64,000 nucleotides of DNA, taken from NCBI GenBank assembly GCA_964016885.1, contig OZ024742.1:62930001-62994000 (forward strand), given 5' to 3'. How positions within the stretch are numbered: the stretch's first letter is position 1; every line of letters starts with the position of its first letter. This document shows positions 39,401-51,700 of this stretch, piece by piece. The position numbers and the translations under genes were made by a program. Source of the DNA: Eledone cirrhosa (lineage: Eukaryota). The notes under the pieces were generated by a model. That model was not told where the DNA came from. It was given only the letters and a program-made list of their open reading frames with translations, and did not search any database.

Positions 39401-42119
39401 GTCTGTCATCTCTTAACTACTTACTATCTGTCTCTCTGTCAGTCTGTCTTCTCTTAACTTCTTACTACCTGTCTCTCTGTCAGTCTGTCTTCTCTTAACT
39501 TCTTACTACCTGTCTCTCTGTCAGTCTGTCATCTCTTAACTACTTACTATCTGTCTCTCTGTCAGTCTGTGTTCTCTTAACTCCTTACTACCTGCCTCTC
39601 TGTCAGTCTTTCATCTCTTAACTTCTTACTACCTGTCTCTCTGTCAGTCTGTTTTCTCTTAACTTCTTACTAGATGTCTCTCTGTCAGTCTGTCTTCTCT
39701 TAACTTCTTACTACCTGTCTCTCGGTCAGTCTTTCATCTCTTAACTTCTTACTACCTGTCTCTCTGTCAGTCTGTCTTCACTTAACTTCTTACTACCTGT
39801 CTCACTGTCAGTCTGTCATCTCTTAACTTCTTACTACCTGTCTCTCTGTCAGTCTGTCTTCTATTAACTTCTTACTACCTGTCTCTCTGTCAGTCTGTCT
39901 TCTCGTAACTTCTTACTACCTGTCTCTCTGTCAGTCTGTCTTCTCTTAACTTCTTACTACATGTCTCTCTGTCAGTCTGTCTTCTCTTAACTTCTTACTA
40001 CCTGTCTCTCTGTCAGTCTGTCTTCTCTTAACTTCTTACTACCTGTCTCTCTGTCAGTCTGTCATCTCTTAACTACTTACTATCTGTCTCTCTGTCAGTC
40101 CGTGTTCTCTTAACACCTTACTACCTGCCTCTCTGTCAGTCTTTCATCTCTTAACTTCTTACTACCTGTCTCTCTGTCAGTCTGTCTTCTCTTAACTTCT
40201 TACTACATGTCTCTCTGTCAGTCTGTCTTCTCTTAACTTCTTACTACCTGTCTCTCGGTCAGTCTTTCATCTCTTAACTTCTTACTACCTGTCTCTCTGT
40301 CAGTCTGTCTTCACTTAACATCTTACTACCTGTCTCACTGTCAGTCTGTCATCTCTTAACTTCTTACTATCTGTCTCTCTGTCAGTCTGTCTTCTCTTAA
40401 CTTCTTACTACCTGTCTCTCTGTCAGTCTGTCTTCTCTTAACTTCTTACTACCTGTCTCTCTGTCAGTCTGTTTTCTCTTAACTTCTTACTACCTGTCTC
40501 TCTGACAGTCTGTCATCTCTTAACTTCTTACTACATGTCTCTCTGTCAGTCTGTCATCTCTTTACTTCTTACTACCTGTCTCTCTGTCAGTCTGTGTTCT
40601 CTTAACTCCTTACTACCTGCCTCTCTGTCAGTCTTTCATCTCTTAACTTCTTACTACCTGTCTCTCTGTCTGTCTGTTTTCTCTTAACTTCTTACTACCT
40701 GTCTCTCTGACAGTCTGTCATCTCTTAACTTCTTACTATCTGTCTCTCTGTCAGTCTGTCTTCTCTTAACTCCTTACTACCTGTCTCTCTGTCAGTCTGT
40801 CTTCTCTTAACTTCTTACTACCTGTCTCTCTGTCAGTCTGTTTTCTCTTAACTTCTTACTACTTGTCTCTCTGACAGTCTGTCATCTCTTAACTTCTTAC
40901 TACATGTCTCTCTGTCAGTCTGTCTTCTCTTAACTTCTTACTACCTGTCTCTCTGTCAGTCTGTCATCTCTTAACTTCTTACTACCTGTCTCTTTGTCTG
41001 TCTGTCTTCTCTTAACTTCTTACTACCTGTCTCTCTGTCAGTCTGTCATCTCTTAACTTCTTACTATCTGTCTCTCTGTCAGTCTGTCTTCTCTTAACTT
41101 CTTACTACCTGTCTCTCTGTCAGTCTGTCATCTCTTAACTTCTTAGTACCTGTCTCTCAGTCAGTCTGTCTTCTCTTAACTTCTTACTACCTGTCTCTCA
41201 GTCAGTCTGTCTTCTCTTAACTTCTTACTACCTGTCTCTCTGTCAGTCTGTCATCTCTTAACTTCTTACTACCTGTCTCTCTGTCAGTCTGTCTTCACTT
41301 AACTTCTTACTACCTGTCTCTCTGTCAGTCTGTCTTCTATTAACTTCTTACTACCTGTCTCTCTGTCAGTCTGTCTTCTCTTAACTTCTTACTACCTGTC
41401 TCACTGTCAGTCTGTCATCTCTTAACTTCTTACTACCTGTCTCTCTGTCAGTCTGTCTTCTCTTAACTTCTTACTACATGTCTCTCTGTCAGTCTGTCTT
41501 CTCTTAACTTCTTACTACATGTCTCTCTGTCAGTCTTTCATCGCTTAACTTCTTACTACCTGTCTCTCTGTCAGTCTGTCATCTCTTAACTTCTTACTAC
41601 CTGTCTCTGTGTCAGTCTGTCTTCTCTTAACTTCTTGCTACATGTCTCTCTGTCAGTCTGTCTTCTCTTAACTTCTTACTACCTGTCTCTCTGTCAGTCT
41701 GTCTTCTCTTAAGTTCTTACTACATGTCTCTCTGTCAGTCTGTCTTCTCTTAACTTCTTACTACCTGTCTCTCTGTCAGTCTGTCGTCTCTTAACTTCTT
41801 ACTACCTGTCTCTCTGTCAGTCTGTCATCTCTTAACTACTTACTATCTGTCTCTCTGTCAGTCTGTCTTCTCTTAACTTCTTACTACATGTCTCTCTGTC
41901 AGTCTGTCTTCTCTTAACTTCTTACTACCTGTCTCTCTGTCAGTCTGTCTTCTCTTAAGTTCTTACTACATGTCTCTCTGTCAGTCTGTCTTCTCTTAAC
42001 TTCTTACTACATGTCTCTCTGTCAGTCTGTCTTCTCTTAACTTCTTACTACATGTCTCTCTGTCAGTCTTTCATCGCTTAACTTCTTACTACCTGTCTCT
42101 CTGTCAGTCTGTCATCTCT

Positions 42120-45100
42120 TAACTTCTTACTACCTGTCTCTGTGTCAGTCTGTCTTCTCTTAACTTCTTGCTACATGTCTCTCTGTCAGTCTGTCTTCTC
42201 TTAACTTCTTACTACCTGTCTCTCTGTCAGTCTGTCTTCTCTTAAGTTCTTACTACATGTCTCTCTGTCAGTCTGTCTTCTCTTAACTTCTTACTACCTG
42301 TCTCTCTGTCAGTCTGTCTTCTCTTAAGTTCTTACTACATGTCTCTCTGTCAGTCTGTCTTCTCTTAACTTCTTACTACCTGTCTCTCTGTCAGTCTGTC
42401 GTCTCTTAACTTCTTACTACCTGTCTCTCTGTCAGTCTGTCATCTCTTAACTACTTACTATCTGTCTCTCTGTCAGTCTGTCTTCTCTTAACTTCTTACT
42501 ACCTGTCTCTCTGTCAGTCTGTCTTCTCTTAACTTCTTACTACCTGTCTCTCTGTCAGTCTGTCATCTCTTAACTACTTACTATCTGTCTCTCTGTCAGT
42601 CTGTGTTCTCTTAACTCCTTACTACCTGCCTCTCTGTCAGTCTTTCATCTCTTAACTTCTTACTACCTGTCTCTCTGTCAGTCTGTTTTCTCTTAACTTC
42701 TTACTACATGTCTCTCTGTCAGTCTGTCTTCTCTTAACTTCTTACTACCTGTCTCTCGGTCAGTCTTTCATCTCTTAACTTCTTACTACCTGTCTCTCTG
42801 TCAGTCTGTCTTCACTTAACTTCTTACTACCTGTCTCACTGTCAGTCTGTCATCTCTTAACTTCTTACTACCTGTCTCTCTGTCAGTCTGTCTTCTATTA
42901 ACTTCTTACTACCTGTCTCTCTGTCAGTCTGTCTTCTCTTAACTTCTTACTACCTGTCTCTCTGTCAGTCTGTCTTCTCTTAACTTCTTACTACATGTCT
43001 CTCTGTCAGTCTGTCTTCTCTTAACTTCTTACTACCTGTCTCTCTGTCAGTCTGTCATCTCTTAACTACTTACTATCTGTCTCTCTGTCAGTCTGTCTTC
43101 TCTTAACTTCTTACTACCTGTCTCTCTGTCAGTCTGTCTTCTCTTAACTTCTTACTACCTGTCTCACTGTCAGTCTGTCATCTCTTAACTTCTTACTACC
43201 TGTCTCTCTGTCAGTCTGTCTTCTCTTAACTTCTTACTACATGTCTCTCTGTCAGTCTGTCTTCTCTTAACTTCTTACTACATGTCTCTCTGTCAGTCTT
43301 TCATCGCTTAACTTCTTACTACCTGTCTCTCTGTCAGTCTGTCATCTCTTAACTTCTTACTACCTGTCTCTGTGTCAGTCTGTCTTCTCTTAACTTCTTG
43401 CTACATGTCTCTCTGTCAGTCTGTCTTCTCTTAACTTCTTACTACCTGTCTCTCTGTCAGTCTGTCTTCTCTTAAGTTCTTACTACATGTCTCTCTGTCA
43501 GTCTGTCTTCTCTTAACTTCTTACTACCTGTCTCTCTGTCAGTCTGTCGTCTCTTAACTTCTTACTACCTGTCTCTCTGTCAGTCTGTCATCTCTTAACT
43601 ACTTACTATCTGTCTCTCTGTCAGTCTGTCTTCTCTTAACTTCTTACTACCTGTCTCTCTGTCAGTCTGTCTTCTCTTAACTTCTTACTACCTGTCTCTC
43701 TGTCAGTCTGTCATCTCTTAACTACTTACTATCTGTCTCTCTGTCAGTCTGTGTTCTCTTAACTCCTTACTACCTGCCTCTCTGTCAGTCTTTCATCTCT
43801 TAACTTCTTACTACATGTCTCTCTGTCAGTCTGTCTTCTCTTAACTTCTTACTACCTGTCTCTCGGTCAGTCTTTCATCTCTTAACTTCTTACTACCTGT
43901 CTCTCTGTCAGTCTGTCTTCACTTAACTTCTTACTACCTGTCTCACTGTCAGTCTGTCATCTCTTAACTTCTTACTACCTGTCTCTCTGTCAGTCTGTCT
44001 TCTATTAACTTCTTACTACCTGTCTCTCTGTCAGTCTGTCTTCTCTTAACATCTTACTACCTGTCTCTCTGTCAGTCTGTCATCTCTTAACTTCTTACTA
44101 CCTGTCTCTGTGTCAGTCTGTCTTCTCTTAACTTCTTGCTACATGTCTCTCTGTCAGTCTGTCATCTCTTAACTTCTTACTACCTGTCTCTGTGTCAGTC
44201 TGTCTTCTCTTAACTTCTTGCTACATGTCTCTCTGTCAGTCTGTCTTCTCTTAACTTCTTACTACCTGTCTCTCTGTCAGTCTGTCTTCTCTTAAGTTCT
44301 TACTACATGTCTCTCTGTCAGTCTGTCTTCTCTTAACTTCTTACTACCTGTCTCTCTGTCAGTCTGTCGTCTCTTAACTTCTTACTACCTGTCTCTCTGT
44401 CAGTCTGTCATCTCTTAACTACTTACTATCTGTCTCTCTGTCAGTCTGTCTTCTCTTAACTTCTTACTACCTGTCTCTCTGTCAGTCTGTCTTCTCTTAA
44501 CTTCTTACTACCTGTCTCTCTGTCAGTCTGTCATCTCTTAACTACTTACTATCTGTCTCTCTGTCAGTCTGTGTTCTCTTAACTCCTTACTACCTGCCTC
44601 TCTGTCAGTCTTTCATCTCTTAACTTCTTACTACCTGTCTCTCTGTCAGTCTGTTTTCTCTTAACTTCTTACTACATGTCTCTCTGTCAGTCTGTCTTCT
44701 CTTAACTTCTTACTACCTGTCTCTCGGTCAGTCTTTCATCTCTTAACTTCTTACTACCTGTCTCTCTGTCAGTCTGTCTTCACTTAACTTCTTACTACCT
44801 GTCTCACTGTCAGTCTGTCATCTCTTAACTTCTTACTACCTGTCTCTCTGTCAGTCTGTCTTCTATTAACTTCTTACTACCTGTCTCTCTGTCAGTCTGT
44901 CTTCTCTTAACTTCTTACTACCTGTCTCTCTGTCAGTCTGTCTTCTCTTAACTTCTTACTACATGTCTCTCTGTCAGTCTGTCTTCTCTTAACTTCTTAC
45001 TACCTGTCTCTCTGTCAGTCTGTCATCTCTTAACTACTTACTATCTGTCTCTCTGTCAGTCTGTCTTCTCTTAACTTCTTACTACCTGTCTCTCTGTCAG

Positions 45101-46050
45101 TCTGTCTTCTCTTAACTTCTTACTACCTGTCTCACTGTCAGTCTGTCATCTCTTAACTTCTTACTACCTGTCTCTCTGTCAGTCTGTCTTCTCTTAACTT
45201 CTTACTACATGTCTCTCTGTCAGTCTGTCTTCTCTTAACTTCTTACTACATGTCTCTCTGTCAGTCTTTCATCGCTTAACTTCTTACTACCTGTCTCTCT
45301 GTCAGTCTGTCATCTCTTAACTTCTTACTACCTGTCTCTGTGTCAGTCTGTCTTCTCTTAACTTCTTGCTACATGTCTCTCTGTCAGTCTGTCTTCTCTT
45401 AACTTCTTACTACCTGTCTCTCTGTCAGTCTGTCTTCTCTTAAGTTCTTACTACATGTCTCTCTGTCAGTCTGTCTTCTCTTAACTTCTTACTACCTGTC
45501 TCTCTGTCAGTCTGTCGTCTCTTAACTTCTTACTACCTGTCTCTCTGTCAGTCTGTCATCTCTTAACTACTTACTATCTGTCTCTCTGTCAGTCTGTCTT
45601 CTCTTAACTTCTTACTACCTGTCTCTCTGTCAGTCTGTCTTCTCTTAACTTCTTACTACCTGTCTCTCTGTCAGTCTGTCATCTCTTAACTACTTACTAT
45701 CTGTCTCTCTGTCAGTCTGTGTTCTCTTAACTCCTTACTACCTGCCTCTCTGTCAGTCTTTCATCTCTTAACTTCTTACTACCTGTCTCTCTGTCAGTCT
45801 GTTTTCTCTTAACTTCTTACTACATGTCTCTCTGTCAGTCTGTCTTCTCTTAACTTCTTACTACCTGTCTCTCGGTCAGTCTTTCATCTCTTTACTTCTT
45901 ACTACCTGTCTCTCTGTCAGTCTGTCTTCACTTAACTTCTTACTACCTGTCTCACTGTCAGTCTGTCATCTCTTAACTTCTTACTACCTGTCTCTCTGTC
46001 AGTCTGTCTTCTATTAACTTCTTACTACCTGTCTCTCTGTCAGTCTGTCT
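42120..46050 (+). repeat. Tandem duplication with ~48-monomer (1,968-bp) period
   Basis: The TCGTC variant CG lies at 42400/44368 and 43548/45516, both 1,968 bp (48x41) apart, with matching intervening variants. Confidence 0.7.
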
Positions 46051-48719
46051 TCTCTTAACTTCTTACTATCTGTCTCTCTGTCAGTCTGTCTTCTCTTAAC
46101 TTCTTACTACCTGTCTCTCTGTCAGTCTGTCATCTCTTAACTTCTTAGTACCTGTCTCTCAGTCAGTCTGTCTTCTCTTAACTTCTTACTACCTGTCTCT
46201 CAGTCAGTCTGTCTTCTCTTAACTTCTTACTACCTGTCTCTCTGTCAGTCTGTCATCTCTTAACTTCTTACTACCTGTCTCTCTGTCAGTCTGTCTTCAC
46301 TTAACTTCTTACTACCTGTCTCTCTGTCAGTCTGTCTTCTATTAACTTCTTACTACCTGTCTCTCTGTCAGTCTGTCTTCTCTTAACTTCTTACTACCTG
46401 TCTCTCTGACAGTCTGTCATCTCTTAACTTCTTACTACCTGTCTCTCTGTCAGTCTGTCATCTCTTAACTTCTTACTACCTGTCTCTCTGTCAGTCTGTC
46501 TTCTCTTAACTACTTACTATCTGTCTCTCTGTCAGTCTGTGTTCTCTTAACTCCTTACTACCTGCCTCTCTGTCAGTCTTTCATCTCTTAACTTCTTACT
46601 ATCGGTCTCTCTGTCAGTCTGTCTTCTCTTAACTTCTTACTACCTGTCTCTCTGTCAGTCTGTCTTCTCTTAACTTCTTACTACCTGTCTCTCTGTCAGT
46701 CTGTCATCTCTTTACTTCTTACTACCTGTCTCTCAGTCAGTCTGTCATCTCTTAACTTTTTACTATTTGTCTCTCTTTCAGTCTCTCTTCTCTTAACTTC
46801 TTACTACCTGTCTCTCGGACAGTCTTTCATCTCTTAACTTCTTACTACCTGTCTCTCTGTCAGTCTGTCTTCTCTTAACTTCTTACTACCTGTCTCACTG
46901 TCAGTCTGTCATCTCTTAACTTCTTACTACCTGTCTCTCTGTCAGTCTGTCTTCTCTTAACTTCTTACTACATGTCTCTCTGTCAGTCTGTCTTCTCTTA
47001 ACTTCTTACTACATGTCTCTCTGTCAGTCTTTCATCGCTTAACTTCTTACTACCTGTCTCTCTGTCAGTCTGTCATCTCTTAACTTCTTACTACCTGTCT
47101 CTGTGTCAGTCTGTCTTCTCTTAACTTCTTGCTACATGTCTCTCTGTCAGTCTGTCTTCTCTTAACTTCTTACTACCTGTCTCTCTGTCAGTCTGTCTTC
47201 TCTTAAGTTCTTACTACATGTCTCTCTGTCAGTCTGTCTTCTCTTAACTTCTTACTACCTGTCTCTCTGTCAGTCTGTCGTCTCTTAACTTCTTACTACC
47301 TGTCTCTCTGTCAGTCTGTCATCTCTTAACTACTTACTATCTGTCTCTCTGTCAGTTTGTCTCCTCTTAACTTCTTACTACCTGTCTCTCTGTCAGTCTG
47401 TCTTCTCTTAACTTCTTACTACCTGTCTCTCTGTCAGTCTGTCATCTCTTAACTACTTACTATCTGTCTCTCTGTCAGTCTGTGTTCTCTTAACTCCTTA
47501 CTACCTGCCTCTCTGTCAGTCTTTCATCTCTTAACTTCTTACTACCTGTCTCTCTGTCAGTCTGTTTTCTCTTAACTTCTTACTACATGTCTCTCTGTCA
47601 GTCTGTCTTCTCTTAACTTCTTACTACCTGTCTCTCGGTCAGTCTTTCATCTCTTAACTTCTTACTACCTGTCTCTCTGTCAGTCTGTCTTCACTTAACT
47701 TCTTACTACCTGTCTCACTGTCAGTCTGTCATCTCTTAACTTCTTACTACCTGTCTCTCTGTCAGTCTGTCTTCTATTAACTTCTTACTACCTGTCTCTC
47801 TGTCAGTCTGTCTTCTCTTAACTTCTTACTACCTGTCTCTCTGTCAGTCTGTCTTCTCTTAACTTCTTACTACATGTCTCTCTGTCAGTCTGTCTTCTCT
47901 TAACTTCTTACTACCTGTCTCTCTGTCAGTCTGTCTTCTCTTAACTTCTTACTACCTGTCTCTCTGTCAGTCTGTCATCTCTTAACTACTTACTATCTGT
48001 CTCTCTGTCAGTCTGTGTTCTCTTAACTCCTTACTACCTGCCTCTCTGTCAGTCTTTCATCTCTTAACTTCTTACTACCTGTCTCTCTGTCAGTCTGTCT
48101 TCTCTTATATTCTTACTACATGTCTCTCTGTCAGTCTGTCTTCTCTTAACTTCTTACTACCTGTCTCTCGGTCAGTCTTTCATCTCTTAACTTCTTACTA
48201 CCTGTCTCTCTGTCAGTCTGTCTTCACTTAACTTCTTACTACCTGTCTCACTGTCAGTCTGTCATCTCTTAACTTCTTACTATCTGTCTCTCTGTCAGTC
48301 TGTCTTCTCTTAACTTCTTACTACCTGTCTCTCTGTCAGTCTGTCTTCTCTTAACTTCTTACTACCTGTCTCTCTGTCAGTCTGTTTTCTCTTAACTTCT
48401 TACTACCTGTCTCTCTGACAGTCTGTCATCTCTTAACTTCTTACTACATGTCTCTCTGTCAGTTTGTCATCTCTTTACTTCTTACTACCTGTCTCTCTGT
48501 CAGTCTGTGTTCTCTTAACTCCTTACTACCTGCCTCTCTGTCAGTCTTTCATCTCTTAACTTCTTACTACCAGTCTCTCTGTCAGTCTGTCTTCTCTTAA
48601 CTTCTTACTACCTGTCTCTCTGTCAGTCTGTTTTCTCTTAACTTCTTACTACCTGTCTCTCTGACAGTCTGTCATCTCTTAACTTCTTACTACATGTCTC
48701 TCTGTCAGTCTGTCATCTC

Positions 48720-51700
48720 TTAACTTCTTACAACCTGTCTCTCTATCAGTCTGTGTTCTCTTAACTCCTTACTACCTGCCTCTCTGTCAGTCTGTCTTCT
48801 CTTAACTTCTTACTACCTGTCTCTCTGTCAGTCTTTCATTTCTTAACTTCTTACTACCTGTCTCTCTGTCAGTCTGTCTTCTATTAACTTCTTACTACCT
48901 GTCTCTCTGTCAGTCTGTCTTCTCTTAACTTCTTACTACCTGTCTCTCTGACAGTCTGTCATCTCTTAACTTCTTACTACCTGTCTCTCTGTCAGTCTGT
49001 CATCTCTTAACTTCTTACTACCTTTCTCTCTGTCAGTCTGTCTTCTCTTAACTACTTACTATCTGTCTCTCTGTCAGTCTGTGTTCTCTTAACTCCTTAC
49101 TACCTGCCTCTCTGTCAGTCTTTCATCTCTTAACTTCTTACTACCTGTCTCTCTGTCAGTCTGTCTTCTCTTAACTTCTTACTACATGTCTCTCTGTCAG
49201 TCTGTCTTCTCTTAACTTCTTACTACCTGTCTCTCGGTCAGTCTTTCATCTCTTAACTTCTTACTACCTGTCTCTCTGTCAGTCTGTCTTCACTTAACTT
49301 CTTACTACCTGTCTCACTGTCAGTCTGTCATCTCTTAACTTCTTACTATCTGTCTCTCTGTCAGTCTGTCTTCTCTTAACTTCTTACTACCTGTCTCTCT
49401 GTCAGTCTGTCTTCTCTTAACTTCTTACTACCTGTCTCTCTGTCAGTCTGTTTTCTCTTAACTTCTTACTACCTGTCTCTCTGACAGTCTGTCATCTCTT
49501 AACTTCTTACTACATGTCTCTCTGTCAGTCTCTCATCTCTTTACTTCTTACTACCTGTCTCTCTGTCAGTCTGTCTTCTCTTAACTTCTTACTACCTGTC
49601 TCACTGTCAGTCTGTCATCTCTTAACTTCTTACTACCTGTCTCTCTGTCAGTCTGTCTTCTCTTAACTTCTTACTACATGTCTCTCTGTCAGTCTGTCTT
49701 CTCTTAACTTCTTACTACATGTCTCTCTGTCAGTCTTTCATCGCTTAAGTTCTTACTACCTGTCTCTCTGTCAGTCTGTCATCTCTTAAATTCTTACTAC
49801 CTGTCTCTGTGTCAGTCTGTCTTCTCTTAACTTCTTGCTACATGTCTCTCTGTCAGTCTGTCTTCTCATAACTTCTTACTACCTGTCTCTCTGTCAGTCT
49901 GTCTTCTCTTAACTTCTTACTACATGTCTCTCTGTCAGTCTGTCTTCTCTTAACTTCTTACTACCTGTCTCTCTGTCAGTCTGTCTTCTCTTAACTTCTT
50001 ACTACCTGTCTCTCTGTCAGTCTGTCATTTCTTAACTACTTACTATCTGTCTCTCTGTCAGTCTGTGTTCTCTTAACTCCTTACTACCTGTCTCTCTGTC
50101 AGTCTGTCATATCTTAACTTCTTGCTACATGTCTCTCTGTCAGTCTCTCTTCTCTTAACTTCTTACTATCTGCCTCTCTGTCAGTCTGTGATCTCTTAAC
50201 TACTTACTATCTGTCTCTCTGTCAGTCTGTCTTCTCTTAACTTCTTACTACCTGTCTCTCTGTCAGTCTGTCGTCTCTTAACTTCTTACTACCTGTCTCT
50301 CTGTCAGTCTGTCATCTCTTAACTACTTACTATCTGTCTCTCTGTCAGTCTGTGTTCTCTTAACTCCTTACTACCTGCCTCTCTGTCAGTCTTTCATCTC
50401 TTAACTTCTTACTACCTGTCTCTCTGTCAGTCTGTCTTCTCTTAACTTCTTACTACATGTCTCTCTGTCAGTCTGTCTTCTCTTAACTTCTTACTACCTG
50501 TCTCTCGGTCAGTCTTTCATCTCTTAACTTCTTACTACCTGTCTCTCTGTCAGTCTGTCTTCTCTTAACTTCTTACTACATGTCTCTCTGTCAGTCTGTC
50601 TTCTCTTAACTTCTTACTACATGTCTCTCTGTCAGTCTTTCATCGCTTAACTTCTTACTACCTGTCTCTCTGTCAGTCTGTCATCTCTTAACTTCTTACT
50701 ACCTGTCTCTGTGTCAGTCTGTCTTCTCTTAACTTCTTGCTACATGTCTCTCTGTCAGTCTGTCTTCTCTTAACTTCTTACTACCTGTCTCTCTGTCAGT
50801 CTGTCTTCTCTTAAGTTCTTACTACATGTCTCTCTGTCAGTCTGTCTTCTCTTAACTTCTTACTACCTGTCTCTCTGTCAGTCTGTCGTCTCTTAACTTC
50901 TTACTACCTGTCTCTCTGTCAGTCTGTCATCTCTTAACTACTTACTATCTGTCTCTCTGTCAGTCTGTCTTCTCTTAACTTCTTACTACCTGTCTCTCTG
51001 TCAGTCTGTCTTCTCTTAACTTCTTACTACCTGTCTCTCTGTCAGTCTGTCATCTCTTAACTACTTACTATCTGTCTCTCTGTCAGTCTGTGTTCTTTTA
51101 ACTCCTTACTACCTGCCTCTCTGTCAGTCTTTCATCTCTTAACTTCTTACTACCTGTCTCTCTGTCAGTCTGTTTTCTCTTAACTTCTTACTACATGTCT
51201 CTCTGTCAGTCTGTCTTCTCTTAACTTCTTACTACCTGTCTCTCTGTCAGTCTGTCTTCACTTAACTTCTTACTACCTGTCTCACTGTCAGTCTGTCATC
51301 TCTTAACTTCTTACTACCTGTCTCTCTGTCAGTCTGTCTTCTATTAACTTCTTACTACCTGTCTCTCTGTCAGTCTGTCTTCTCTTAACTTCTTACTACC
51401 TGTCTCTCTGTCAGTCTGTCTTCTCTTAACTTCTTACTACATGTCTCTCTGTCAGACTGTCTTCTCTTAACTTCTTACTACCTGTCTCTCTGTCAGTCTG
51501 TCTTCTCTTAACTTCTTACTACCTGTCTCTCTGTCAGTCTGTCATCTCTTAACTACTTACTATCTGTCTCTCTGTCAGTCTGTGTTCTCTTAACTCCTTA
51601 CTACCTGCCTCTCTGTCAGTCTTTCATCTCTTAACTTCTTACTACCTGTCTCTCTGTCAGTCTGTCTTCTCTTAACTTCTTACTACATGTCTCTCTGTCA

